From Pseudomonas aeruginosa PAO1 (GTDB taxonomy: Bacteria; Pseudomonadota; Gammaproteobacteria; Pseudomonadales; Pseudomonadaceae): a stretch of DNA of 64,000 nt. Each line of letters starts with the position of its first letter. The stretch's first letter is position 1. Positions 36,134-45,177 of the stretch are shown here, piece by piece. The position numbers and the translations under genes were made by a program. Where the stretch lies: the NCBI RefSeq assembly GCF_000006765.1, contig NC_002516.2; one strand, written 5' to 3'. The notes beneath the pieces are model-generated. The model made no database searches. It was not told the origin of the DNA and saw nothing but the letters and a program-made list of their open reading frames with translations.

Positions 36134-37339
36134 TCAGTGCTCATCATTGAAATCATCGGCCCTGGGCGTGGCAAAAATGCCCTTGGCTTCCTGGCGCCGG
36201 TAATAGGCTTCGATGCTTAGCCCGGGATCGATGCGCGCCCTGACGATGCAGGGCTGCTGTTGCCAGGGATACTCATGCAGGCGTCGGTCCAGCTCCTTGC
36301 GCTCCTTGGCTGGCCAGCCCTGGTAGGTGCGCTGGCGCCAGTAATGGGGATCGCGTCCGGTATGCCGATCATGCTCGGCGGTGACCGGATCTAAGGGGCG
36401 GCTCGGCTCCAGGACCGGCAGGTCGGGCAACGGCTGGGTCACGTCCATGTAGCGTTGCAGGCAGTCCCAGAAGGCCAGGGCATTGACCTTGTCGAGACCG
36501 AGGGAGTGGACGCGGGTGGCCAGACAGACCTTGTTGTCGGTATAGCGGTGATGCAACCAGAGCGCATAGTCGTGGCTGCCGTAGCCACTGGGCAGCAATT
36601 GCAGCACCGGATCGAACTCGTCGAAGGGAGCGACGAACAGGCGGCGGAAGCGACGCTTGAAGCGGAGCATGCCGTCCAGGCGATTGAATTCACTGCCATC
36701 TTGCTTGAAGACTTTGCTGTAGAGCCAAAGGATGGCGCTGAAGCCGACTGCACCCATAAAATAAGTAGCTACGCCTATCCAAATTGCTATTTGCAAACCA
36801 TTGGTTCCAAATATTGTTCCATACTGGTACAAAGCCAATGGGATTGAAAATAAAAAACCCGACATCTGAATAACGTGAAGATATTTTTTATTCGAAAGAA
36901 AGGCCACCATGGATATTACTGAAACAGCCACCACAAAGAATGAGCAAACCAAGGTGTAGAGTTGCTGTATGTCCCTCCTCCACTCTCCGGTGGCTTCTCC
37001 CATTATGCCAATTCCCAAAGCAATCCATACAAAAAAATAGCACAGCATCCTAAGCGTAAATATTATATAAGGAATTCTGCTAGAGTTCTGGAACTGCCAA
37101 CGCATAGAGTTGCAATATTCCTCAGCACCTCCAACCTCTGACTTATCCTCAGCCCCGATCGAAAGCTGCCCTACAATCTCCATTTCCGGATCTAGATTGG
37201 CATAGTTCCCAAAGGCAAGATGGGTGTCAAAAATACCATTACGGTTAGACTCCTCCTTCCACCTTGGCGGCGGTAAAGAGTCGTTGACTTCACTGCGATA
37301 AGCACTGGCTGAGTACGTGGCATCCATGTGTACAGTCAT
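36134..37339 (-). CDS. Putative T6SS immunity protein: about four TM helices plus a soluble C-terminal domain
   Basis: ATGA overlap with the effector stop; hydrophobic stretches at about aa 90-210; C-terminal FNRLDGML...WDCLQRYMDVTQPLPDLP domain. The immunity role is inferred from position. Confidence 0.72.
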   Translation of the reverse strand: MTVHMDATYSASAYRSEVNDSLPPPRWKEESNRNGIFDTHLAFGNYANLDPEMEIVGQLSIGAEDKSEVGGAEEYCNSMRWQFQNSSRIPYIIFTLRMLCYFFVWIALGIGIMGEATGEWRRDIQQLYTLVCSFFVVAVSVISMVAFLSNKKYLHVIQMSGFLFSIPLALYQYGTIFGTNGLQIAIWIGVATYFMGAVGFSAILWLYSKVFKQDGSEFNRLDGMLRFKRRFRRLFVAPFDEFDPVLQLLPSGYGSHDYALWLHHRYTDNKVCLATRVHSLGLDKVNALAFWDCLQRYMDVTQPLPDLPVLEPSRPLDPVTAEHDRHTGRDPHYWRQRTYQGWPAKERKELDRRLHEYPWQQQPCIVRARIDPGLSIEAYYRRQEAKGIFATPRADDFNDEH

Positions 37340-40300
37340 ACGTTGAACTCACTGTTCTCTATCAACCAATAAGGTGGCGCAGCATGGGGGCCCAAGTCGT
37401 CCGGGGGAAGGTACCGATTGGCGGATGTGAATGCACTCCAACTCTTCGGGCTGGGTTGAGGCAGGACAAGCCGCTGCTCAGGCTGGTCGGCATTGAGTTC
37501 GAACTGTGCGCTGATCTTCAAACCCTGGGTCATGCGCATGCTATAGCGGGCCCGAGGAGACAACTGCGGAATCGGCAGGCTGGCCGGCAGCACATAGAGC
37601 ACGCTGGCAGCATCCAACGGCAAGGCTTCGAGCTTGGCGGGGCCCGCGGGGACCCGATGGTAGCGCTTGACGCCGAACAGGGTGCCCGGATCGATCGGCA
37701 AGCTGCTGAGAAACTCCTGGGCCACCAGGCGGAACGCCTTCTGGCCATTCTCGAACATGGCCAGGAGCGGGGAACTCAGCACCACGGCCCAATCGTTTGC
37801 CTCCAGCGCCTGCAACTTGGGGTCGATGCAGGATAGCGCAGTGCGGCTGACCGCTTGGCGACCCCGTTCCGCTTCCTGCAAGACAGATCGATGCGCCGCC
37901 GGCGCCAATTTGCGCCAGTCTTCCAGGCGATGGACAAAGACCCGCGGATGGCCGAGGACTCCCAGCAATTGGCGATAGGCCGTTTGCGGGTCTTTCAGAT
38001 GGGCGAAGCGCTGGTCCTGGCCCATCAGCGAATCGAGCAGGCCAGCCTCGGCGAATTGCCGGCCGAAGGGGCCTTTCTTTACGATGGTTTCCGCATCGCT
38101 GTCAGTCAGTAGATTAGCGACCACAGTGCCTCCGATCGCCAAAACCGCACCAGCCAGCAAAGCATAAGGGTTTACTATCCATCCTAGGACGTAGGCACCC
38201 CAAAGGCCCCCACCCACTGCGGCCACACCGTAGGCCGCAGCCGCATCGCTATCTCCCTGCCTCAAAGCTCGGTAGCCATCCCATACACTGATGCCTGCAC
38301 CGAATAGTGTGGCTGCGCCACCAAGCCCACGTAGCAACCCTAACTTAGGGCTGCCTGTTTGAACTTCTAGATTCCTGGCCCATCGAGGGGATATTTGGGC
38401 TACCGATATACGTGGGGTTTCTAGATACTTTGCAGTAGATGGTCCGAAAAGCAGCTTTGCATGGCTTCCTCCAGCGGCTGTTAAATCGATTACTGCACCG
38501 ACAGCCCCGATCGTCCCTCTGTGCTTTTCTCCACTGTCTACAAAGCCACTGTATGCCTGCACCTGCACATTCAAGTTATAAATCGCAAACCCCAGCATCA
38601 TCGTCGGCACGATGCGAGTGTTCTCCATCACCTGGGTCAACGTGCCTAACTGCGTACGGAATTTCGTGTAGGCAAGCAGGTCCGGGTGATCCTTGGGTAC
38701 CGCCACCACCATGACGTTGCGCAGGTTGGCGCGACTCATGCCGGTGTCGCGGGGACTGGTGCCGGCCAGGGGATTGCCGGCACCGTCCTGAACGATGGCG
38801 CGCCGATAGCTCTTGCGCCTCAGCTCCTGGCGCTCGACCTCGGTCAGACCGTTGCGCAGGCCGGCTCCGCGCACGCCGACGACAACCATGTCGAGCGGCA
38901 CCTGACTGTCGGGCAGCAGGCGGATACCTTTCATCTTCACCGAGAGGGCGCTCAGAGTATTGAAGGTCGGTGCGAACAAGCGGTCGAGCTGGATCTGGGT
39001 GGCGCCCTGGGACAGCCGGCCGAGTTGCTCGACTACGCTGGCGCCGAACACGTCCAGCAGGTCGCCGAGGAAGTAGGCGAGGCTCTTGCCGGCGCTGGGC
39101 TGGTCGACCTCGCCCAGCAGACTGGCTCCCAGCATCAGCGTGCTGAGGCCCATTGCATCGGGGTCCGGCGTCCGCGGGCTATCGCGCAGCGCCTGCAGGC
39201 GCCGAACCGGCTCGGGAAGTTGTCCTTCGTCCTTGGCCAGGAGCATGGCGCCAAGCGGGTGGCTTGCCTGCAGAACCGTGCTGACCACCCGCTCGACATG
39301 TGCCGCCAGCGCCCGGTAGGCGGTACCGCTGTACAGTGCGTCGCAGCGGTCGGGAAGCTGGTTCAGCGCAGCCAGTGCCTCGCTCATCAGGCTGTAGGGC
39401 TCCAGCAGGGCTTCGTCGCACTGGTGGGTCCAGTCCTGCAACACCGGGTGCAAGGGGCCTTCCAGCAGGGCAACCAGATGCTCGACCTGCTGCGTCAGGT
39501 GGATTCGGCAAGACTGTCGCTCCTCGGCGAAGATCGCCTCGTCCAGTTCGGCCTGATCGACCTCGCCCCTGAGCTTGGCGAGCGGGCCGTCGAGCATGTT
39601 GCTCAGCACCTGTGCATAGCGTCCGTTGGGACGGTGCGGCAGCAGTGCATTGAGGCTGCGCAAGTAGGCGGCGCAGTGGCGCGCCTGCGCCGCAGCGTGG
39701 CGCAAGGCGAACAGCGAGTCGTCGAGCATCAGCCCGATGAGGTTGGGATGGCCACGCAGCTTGAGGGTTTCCAGTACGTCCTCTCCGGCTTCCAGAGTAG
39801 GTAGCGCAGAGGGCGGAGCCTGCTTCAGCAGGGGCGCCAATTCCTGCTGGCGTCGCTGCAACTGGCACACCAGCGACTCTTCGCGAAAGGCGGCGAACTC
39901 AGGTGTGAATTCCGCCGGGTCTTCCAGCGCGCTCTCGACGTTGAAGTCGCGAGGTCGCAAACCCTGGGCGTGATGATCAATGACCAGCGCGGGTTGATGG
40001 ATGGAGGCTTTCCAGTGCTGGTTGGCCACCGAGGCGTTCCAAGCGGACGCCATCTGCTGGCAGCGCCGGTTGACCCGCTGCGGGTCCTCCTCCAGCCAGT
40101 CGATGTACGACCAAGGCCAGGGAGTTTCGCTATAGGCCATGGTGTAGCGTGGGATCACGAACTGCCCCTTGACCAGCACCGGCACCAGGATCAGCGCTTG
40201 TGTCTTGCCTAAGGCCGGACGCTTGTCCGCACGCTGGCTGCGCCCCTGCAGGAGATCGACTTCGAACAGGTTGCCCTTGCCATCACATTCCAGTTCGCGC

Positions 40301-40605
40301 CACAACTTGCCGTCCTGGAACAGGTAGATCCGTCCCGCCCGCGGTAGCGCGCCGGCGGGCAGCTGGTCGCCATAACCGGCCTTGCCCAGCGTTGGCAGGC
40401 GGACCAGCGGCATCACAGCCAGGAAGGTGTTCTGCTGGATACGCTCGTGCTCCTCATGGCCGAGCATATCGCTGGCCACCGGAATCTGCAGGATACCGCC
40501 GTCCTGTCGCTCGACGTTCAATGCCAGTCGTGCACGCCGATCGTTCTGGTAGGCGGTGCGCTTGCGCACGCCTTCGTCGATACTCTGGTCCTGGAATCCG
40601 CTCAT
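37336..40605 (-). CDS. T6SS effector with N-terminal MIX domain and hydrophobic pore-forming-like segment (VasX-like; PA5265-type)
   Basis: ATGA overlap with the vgrG stop; RAGRIYLF (MIX hRxGhhYhh motif) and YSETPWPW (second MIX motif); Gly/Ala-rich hydrophobic helices at about aa 740-835; 1089 aa. Confidence 0.82.
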   Translation of the reverse strand: MSGFQDQSIDEGVRKRTAYQNDRRARLALNVERQDGGILQIPVASDMLGHEEHERIQQNTFLAVMPLVRLPTLGKAGYGDQLPAGALPRAGRIYLFQDGKLWRELECDGKGNLFEVDLLQGRSQRADKRPALGKTQALILVPVLVKGQFVIPRYTMAYSETPWPWSYIDWLEEDPQRVNRRCQQMASAWNASVANQHWKASIHQPALVIDHHAQGLRPRDFNVESALEDPAEFTPEFAAFREESLVCQLQRRQQELAPLLKQAPPSALPTLEAGEDVLETLKLRGHPNLIGLMLDDSLFALRHAAAQARHCAAYLRSLNALLPHRPNGRYAQVLSNMLDGPLAKLRGEVDQAELDEAIFAEERQSCRIHLTQQVEHLVALLEGPLHPVLQDWTHQCDEALLEPYSLMSEALAALNQLPDRCDALYSGTAYRALAAHVERVVSTVLQASHPLGAMLLAKDEGQLPEPVRRLQALRDSPRTPDPDAMGLSTLMLGASLLGEVDQPSAGKSLAYFLGDLLDVFGASVVEQLGRLSQGATQIQLDRLFAPTFNTLSALSVKMKGIRLLPDSQVPLDMVVVGVRGAGLRNGLTEVERQELRRKSYRRAIVQDGAGNPLAGTSPRDTGMSRANLRNVMVVAVPKDHPDLLAYTKFRTQLGTLTQVMENTRIVPTMMLGFAIYNLNVQVQAYSGFVDSGEKHRGTIGAVGAVIDLTAAGGSHAKLLFGPSTAKYLETPRISVAQISPRWARNLEVQTGSPKLGLLRGLGGAATLFGAGISVWDGYRALRQGDSDAAAAYGVAAVGGGLWGAYVLGWIVNPYALLAGAVLAIGGTVVANLLTDSDAETIVKKGPFGRQFAEAGLLDSLMGQDQRFAHLKDPQTAYRQLLGVLGHPRVFVHRLEDWRKLAPAAHRSVLQEAERGRQAVSRTALSCIDPKLQALEANDWAVVLSSPLLAMFENGQKAFRLVAQEFLSSLPIDPGTLFGVKRYHRVPAGPAKLEALPLDAASVLYVLPASLPIPQLSPRARYSMRMTQGLKISAQFELNADQPEQRLVLPQPSPKSWSAFTSANRYLPPDDLGPHAAPPYWLIENSEFNV

Positions 40606-42677
40606 GCCTCGCTCTCCGGTGGCAACAGTACGACCTGGCTTCCTTGCGCCGGGTCTCCCCAGACATCGACGATCAATTGTTCCGGCCCCCTCCGCTCGGG
40701 ACGGCTACGCGCCGGGTTGTCCAGTACCTGGCCCGCTGTCGCCGCATCCGCGTCGAGCGGCGGCCCCGGCAACAGCGGCGCCGCGCCGCTGCCGTTGCCC
40801 GGGCTGCCGCCGGAGTTGACCCGGACGTTGACCCCGGAGAGGGTCACGCCGCTGGCGTCGAGCTTGAGGAAGCTGCCGCCGCCCTTGAGGGTCAGTTCGG
40901 CGCCGGCCTCCAGCACCACCTTCAGGCCGCTGCTCAGGTGGATCTCCTGGCCGGCCTCGACGAACTGGCCGCTGGCGATCTTCAGGTGCTGGTCGTTGGC
41001 TACGGTGAGGTGGTCGCTGGCGCGGACCTCCACCTTGCGCTCGGCGTGGGTGGTGCGGTGTTCCTCGGCCTTGAACTCGCTGTAGCTGTTCGCCTGCACG
41101 GTGTCGTGGCGTTGGTGACCGACGCGGATCTTCTGGTCGTGCTCGATGTTTTCGTCCCAGTCGCGCTGGGCATGGACGAAGATCTGCTCCTGGCCCTTGC
41201 GGTCCTCGATGCGCAGCTCGTTGTAGCCACCGCCGCCAGGGCTGCTGAGGCTCTTGAAGACGCTGCGGGTCTTGTGCCCCGGCAGTTCGTAGGGCACCGG
41301 ATGTTCCCTGTGGAACAGGCAGCCGGTGACCAGCGGCTGGTCGGGATCGCCTTCGAGGAAGGTCACCAGCACCTCCATGCCGACCCGCGGGATGGCGATG
41401 GCGCCGTAGTTCCTTCCCGCCCAGCCGGAGGCAACGCGTAACCAGCAACTGCTGCTGTCGTCGGCCTGGCCCTCGCGATCCCAGTGGAATTGCACCTTCA
41501 CCCGACCGTAGCGGTCGCAGTGGATTTCCTCACCCTTCGGGCCGGTCACCACCGCGCTCTGCGTGCCGAGGATGCGCGGCTTCGGCGGCGTCGATGGGGG
41601 ACGGAAGAACGCCTCCCAGGGCGTGGCCTGGAAGCGGTTGCGGTAACCCTGCCGGAAGTCGTCCGGGCTCGCCGAGGCGTCGGAGACGATGCTTTCCTCC
41701 AGCACCTGCGGCTGCCGCCCCTCGTGAATCACCTCGGTGAGCAGCCAGAGGTCGTTCCAGCCCGCCTGGGGATGGGCGGCCAGCGGCAGGAAGTGGCCGC
41801 TGAGCAGCAACGGTTGGTCGCTGCGGCCCTCGGCCAGGTGGTAGTCGCTGCGCTGCCGTTCGAGGGCGCGCCTGGCCAGGTGCTTGCCGCGCTCGCGGTC
41901 GACGAAGCGACCGGGATAGTCGTAGTCCTCGAGGTCCGGCCGGGCTTCGCCGCGGGCGGCGCTTTCCAGCGTCAGGCGCGGTTTCTCGAAGTCGTAGTCG
42001 CGGCGGGTGACGTGGCTGGTGCGGGTTTCCAGGCGTACGCCGAAGCGCTTGACCGCCGGCCGGTCGGCGACCAGGCCGGAGTCCTGCTGGTAGGCCACCG
42101 GCGCGAGCCGCGGGAACACCGTCTGGTCGTCGCCGAACACCAGCAGGTGCGCCGTGGCGCTGTGCTGGAAATGAAAGTGGATGCCCTCCTCGCAGCACAG
42201 GCGCTGGACGAACTGCAGGTCGCTCTCGTCGTACTGCACGCAGTATTCGCGCTCGGGGTAGCGGGTGCCGAGCTGGAAGCGGTAGGCGTCGGCGAGGATG
42301 CCGTGTTCCTCCAGCACCCGGCCGACGATCTGCGGCACCGTGAGGTGCTGGAAGATGCGCTGGTTGGTGCGCTGGGCGAGGTAGGCCAGTTGCGGGACGA
42401 GGGTGATGCGGTAGCGGGTCAGGCGCTTGCCCGAGTCGCCCTGTCCGGCGCTGCGCACCAGGCCGTGGATACCGTTGCCGGCGGGCCCGAGGGTAAGGAA
42501 GGCGGGTTTGTGCAGCAGGCTTTCGAGGTCCGGCACGGGGCGTTCGCCGACCAGCTCCAGGTCGAAGGCGAACGGCTGGCTGATGGCTTCGCGGCCGCTG
42601 AAGGAGAGCACCTGCAGGTCGAGGGCGAGGCCGTCGATGGCGAGGCTGAAATGGGTCTGGTTGGCTGCTGCGAACAT
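40602..42677 (-). CDS. vgrG: T6SS spike protein VgrG (VgrG6-type) with short C-terminal extension
   Basis: EAISQPFAFDL, YCVQYDESDLQF, DRYGRVKVQFHWDR, IPRVGMEVLVTFLEGDPDQP, NELRIEDRKGQE; 691 aa from MFAAANQ. Confidence 0.95.
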   Translation of the reverse strand: MFAAANQTHFSLAIDGLALDLQVLSFSGREAISQPFAFDLELVGERPVPDLESLLHKPAFLTLGPAGNGIHGLVRSAGQGDSGKRLTRYRITLVPQLAYLAQRTNQRIFQHLTVPQIVGRVLEEHGILADAYRFQLGTRYPEREYCVQYDESDLQFVQRLCCEEGIHFHFQHSATAHLLVFGDDQTVFPRLAPVAYQQDSGLVADRPAVKRFGVRLETRTSHVTRRDYDFEKPRLTLESAARGEARPDLEDYDYPGRFVDRERGKHLARRALERQRSDYHLAEGRSDQPLLLSGHFLPLAAHPQAGWNDLWLLTEVIHEGRQPQVLEESIVSDASASPDDFRQGYRNRFQATPWEAFFRPPSTPPKPRILGTQSAVVTGPKGEEIHCDRYGRVKVQFHWDREGQADDSSSCWLRVASGWAGRNYGAIAIPRVGMEVLVTFLEGDPDQPLVTGCLFHREHPVPYELPGHKTRSVFKSLSSPGGGGYNELRIEDRKGQEQIFVHAQRDWDENIEHDQKIRVGHQRHDTVQANSYSEFKAEEHRTTHAERKVEVRASDHLTVANDQHLKIASGQFVEAGQEIHLSSGLKVVLEAGAELTLKGGGSFLKLDASGVTLSGVNVRVNSGGSPGNGSGAAPLLPGPPLDADAATAGQVLDNPARSRPERRGPEQLIVDVWGDPAQGSQVVLLPPESEA

Positions 42678-42876
42678 CCGTTGTCCCTCACTGGCGCAGG
42701 CGACCGATTCGATTGTCCTGCCTGGCGCGGGCGAGACAAGGGCGCGCAGGCTCGATCGGAAGCTGCCTACAACAAACAAAGCGGCATCGACCCGGCGCGG
42801 GCTTTCCTGGCCACGGCGCTATGGGTCATCGAGGGCACGACGGCCAGCGAGGCTGGCCGCGTGCGGCGGTCGCGGC

Positions 42877-43395
42877 TCAGCCGGCGACCGGGGAGCGCCA
42901 GTCGTCGGAGCCGGAGGTGCCGGAGACTTCGTGGGTCCAGGTGATCTTGCGGTAGGTGAAGTGCACGTCTTCCAGGTGGGTGAAGTGGGCGTTGCCCGGG
43001 TCCTGGCAGTTGTGCATGTAGTCCTTGATGTCGACGATGATCGCGTCTTCCAGGACGGTGGTGTAGTAGTGCTCCTGGGTGCCGGCGGCGGAGGTGCGGT
43101 ACCACTGGATCTCCACCTTGGTCAGGCGCTCGCCGGAGGTCAGGGCGGCCAGCAGCAGGGGCGAGGCCTTGTCGAAGACCTTGGTGATGACCACCGGCTT
43201 GTGCACGCGCTGGCCGGTCGGCTGGCCGGACTGCGGGTCGCGCGGGATGATCACTTCGTGGTTGAAGCCCTGGACCATCACCTGGTCCTCGTGGCCTTCC
43301 TGGTAGGTGTTGCCGACCGAATCCTCGGTGAAGGCGCCGGCGGTGATCAGGCCCTGCTTGGTGCCGGTGATGGACATATAGGCGGGGGTTGCCAT
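42877..43395 (-). CDS. hcpB: Hcp tube protein (Hcp2/HcpA-B-C type)
   Basis: MATPAYMSITGTKQGLITAG, HKPVVITKVFDKASPLL, FTYRKITW; 172 aa. The letter assignment rests on locus position. Confidence 0.92.
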   Translation of the reverse strand: MATPAYMSITGTKQGLITAGAFTEDSVGNTYQEGHEDQVMVQGFNHEVIIPRDPQSGQPTGQRVHKPVVITKVFDKASPLLLAALTSGERLTKVEIQWYRTSAAGTQEHYYTTVLEDAIIVDIKDYMHNCQDPGNAHFTHLEDVHFTYRKITWTHEVSGTSGSDDWRSPVAG

Positions 43396-43452
43396 GGATG
43401 CATTCCTTGTCAGTGGTAGCCGGGACGACATGTCCTGGTGCGGCAGCTACCC

Positions 43453-43469
43453 AACAAGCTTCGTGCCAA
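43453..43469 (-). promoter_or_regulatory. Sigma54 (-24/-12) promoter-like element for the hcp-vgrG island
   Basis: Minus strand TTGGCACGAAGCTTGTT versus YTGGCACG-N4-TTGCW; one mismatch at the -12 C; 57 bp upstream of the hcp ATG. Confidence 0.65.
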
Positions 43470-43487
43470 TAAAATATTTACCTTTTA

Positions 43488-43500
43488 AATCAAATTCTTG
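43488..43500. promoter_or_regulatory. IHF site
   Basis: AATCAAATTCTTG is an exact match to WATCAANNNNTTR, with an adjoining AT tract, just upstream of the sigma54 element. Confidence 0.7.
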
Positions 43501-43549
43501 AAGAATCTCCCGGCCCGCACGAACACTTTCCCCTGGGTTTACCCCGAAA

Positions 43550-43595
43550 AAGTGAGCAAGTTGTTGCACAGTGCTATGCAAGAACTTGCTCACTT
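43550..43595 (-). terminator. Long inverted repeat, probable corA terminator
   Basis: 19-bp arms AAGTGAGCAAGTTGTTGCA / TGCAAGAACTTGCTCACTT (18/19 complementary), 8-bp spacer, TTTTT run at the 3' end on the minus strand. Confidence 0.55.
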
Positions 43596-43687
43596 CATCG
43601 AAGACCCCGTCAGGCCTTGGCCCCAGCGTGGTATCCACAGCTTTTCCCGAAGTTATCCAGCAAAAAGTTGCACACCTGCCGAGTGCC

Positions 43688-44668
43688 TCAGAGCCAGTTC
43701 TTGAACTTGAACCAGAGGTACGGAAGGATCGCCGATACCACCATCATCCCCAGCGCCATCGGATAGCCGATGGACCAGTCCAGCTCGGGCATGTCCTTGA
43801 AGTTCATGCCGTAGACGGTGCCCACCAGGGTCGGCGGCAGGAACAGTACGGCGGCGATGGAGAACACCTTGATGATGCTGTTCTGCTCGATGTTGATCAG
43901 GCCAAGGGTCGCGTCGAGGAGGAAGTTGATCTCGGTGGACATCTTCGCCAGGTACTCGTCCAGCGAGCGCACATCGCGCTCCACGGTCTTCGCCAGCACC
44001 TTGGCCGGCTCGGAAAGCCAGCCGTTGCAACCCTGGCGGAAATAGCTGTTCATCCGATTGATGCTGAGCAGGCTGTCGTTGAGCTTGGACAGCAGCGAGC
44101 TGCTGCGCCCGAGGTGCTTGATGATCTGCTGCAGGTCGGTCTTCGGCTTGCGGGTCTGGGCGGTGGACTCGGCGAAGATCTCCCGCGACATGCTGCTCAG
44201 TTGCCCCTGTACGGCCTCCAACACGTCGGCGATGCGGTCCACCAGGCTGTCCATCATCAGGGCGAACAACTGGGTGCTGCTGCGGTTGGCGTCGAGCTGG
44301 CGGATGCAGCGGTTCTCGAACTCGCGGAACGAACGCAGGTCGGCGTAGCGCACGGTAATCAGCCATTTCTCGCTGAGGACGAAGGTCACTTCCTCTGTGC
44401 TCGGCCGGTGCTCGGTGATCCCGCCGACCACCGAAGTGGTCATGTAGAGGACGTTGCCGTCCTCGTAGAAGCGCGACGAATCCTCGATCTCGGCCATCTC
44501 CTCGCGGGTCGGGATGTTCACCTGCAGGTGGGATTCGAGCAGGCGCTCCTCTTCGGGGGTCGGGTGATGCAGGTCGATCCACAGGGTGCCCGGCGGCAAC
44601 CCCCGCTGGGCATCGCCGTGCTGGCGTCGCTCCAGGCGGTCGCCGGAAAGGATGTAATAGGTGATCAT
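43688..44668 (-). CDS. corA: Mg2+/Co2+ transporter CorA
   Basis: LWIDL..PT.EE, IEDSSRFY, LPPTLVGTVYGMNF (GMN motif), YP; 326 aa. Confidence 0.95.
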   Translation of the reverse strand: MITYYILSGDRLERRQHGDAQRGLPPGTLWIDLHHPTPEEERLLESHLQVNIPTREEMAEIEDSSRFYEDGNVLYMTTSVVGGITEHRPSTEEVTFVLSEKWLITVRYADLRSFREFENRCIRQLDANRSSTQLFALMMDSLVDRIADVLEAVQGQLSSMSREIFAESTAQTRKPKTDLQQIIKHLGRSSSLLSKLNDSLLSINRMNSYFRQGCNGWLSEPAKVLAKTVERDVRSLDEYLAKMSTEINFLLDATLGLINIEQNSIIKVFSIAAVLFLPPTLVGTVYGMNFKDMPELDWSIGYPMALGMMVVSAILPYLWFKFKNWL

Positions 44669-44769
44669 GTCGGGTATCGCTACCTTCGCGGCCATCCGTT
44701 GGCCAAGCAGGGTGGACAACTTCCCGCCGCCGCACAAGCGGTACTTTGCGCCAGAACGAGGAACGCCCG

Positions 44770-45045
44770 ATGAGCGAACAGGACGACAACCAGGAAGACG
44801 GCTTCGCCGAGGAAAAACTGATCCAGGCCATCGAGAACCAGATCGAAAGCGAGAATCCGCCGGCGGCGCGCGCCGTGTTCAACAAGCTGACCCTGGTCGG
44901 CTACGAGCGCGACGAGGCGCTGGGCATGATGGCCTACGTGCTGGCCCACGAGATCAACGCCATGCTCGCCGCCGACCGCGCTTTCGACAGCGCCGGCTAC
45001 GAGCATGCGCTGCGTGCCCTGCCGACGTTGCCGGACGACGAATGA
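44770..45045 (+). CDS. Small acidic hypothetical protein
   Basis: 91 aa with host-like codon usage (MSEQDDNQEDGFAEEKLIQAIENQIESENP...); fills the space between corA and the next gene. Confidence 0.7.
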   Translation: MSEQDDNQEDGFAEEKLIQAIENQIESENPPAARAVFNKLTLVGYERDEALGMMAYVLAHEINAMLAADRAFDSAGYEHALRALPTLPDDE

Positions 45046-45177
45046 GCGGAGCCGGGCCGACTGGTGCCGGCGAATTCCCCTCGTATCCATGCGGTTTTGT
45101 TTCGCCAAACGCCTGCCGCTCTGGTAGAAAGGTGGCGCCCACTCTCCGTGCCACCTGCTTTCGCGGAGCGATACCGG

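Noticed and set aside
36134-43500. T6SS island as a mobile element or prophage remnant
   Set aside because: No integrase, transposase, tRNA or flanking direct repeats seen; most of the island has host-like GC. Only the two internal patches look foreign.
43447-43704. Short ORFs (63 aa minus strand, 68 aa plus strand) between corA and hcp
   Set aside because: They run through the promoter elements and inverted repeat, and have no convincing RBS or motif.
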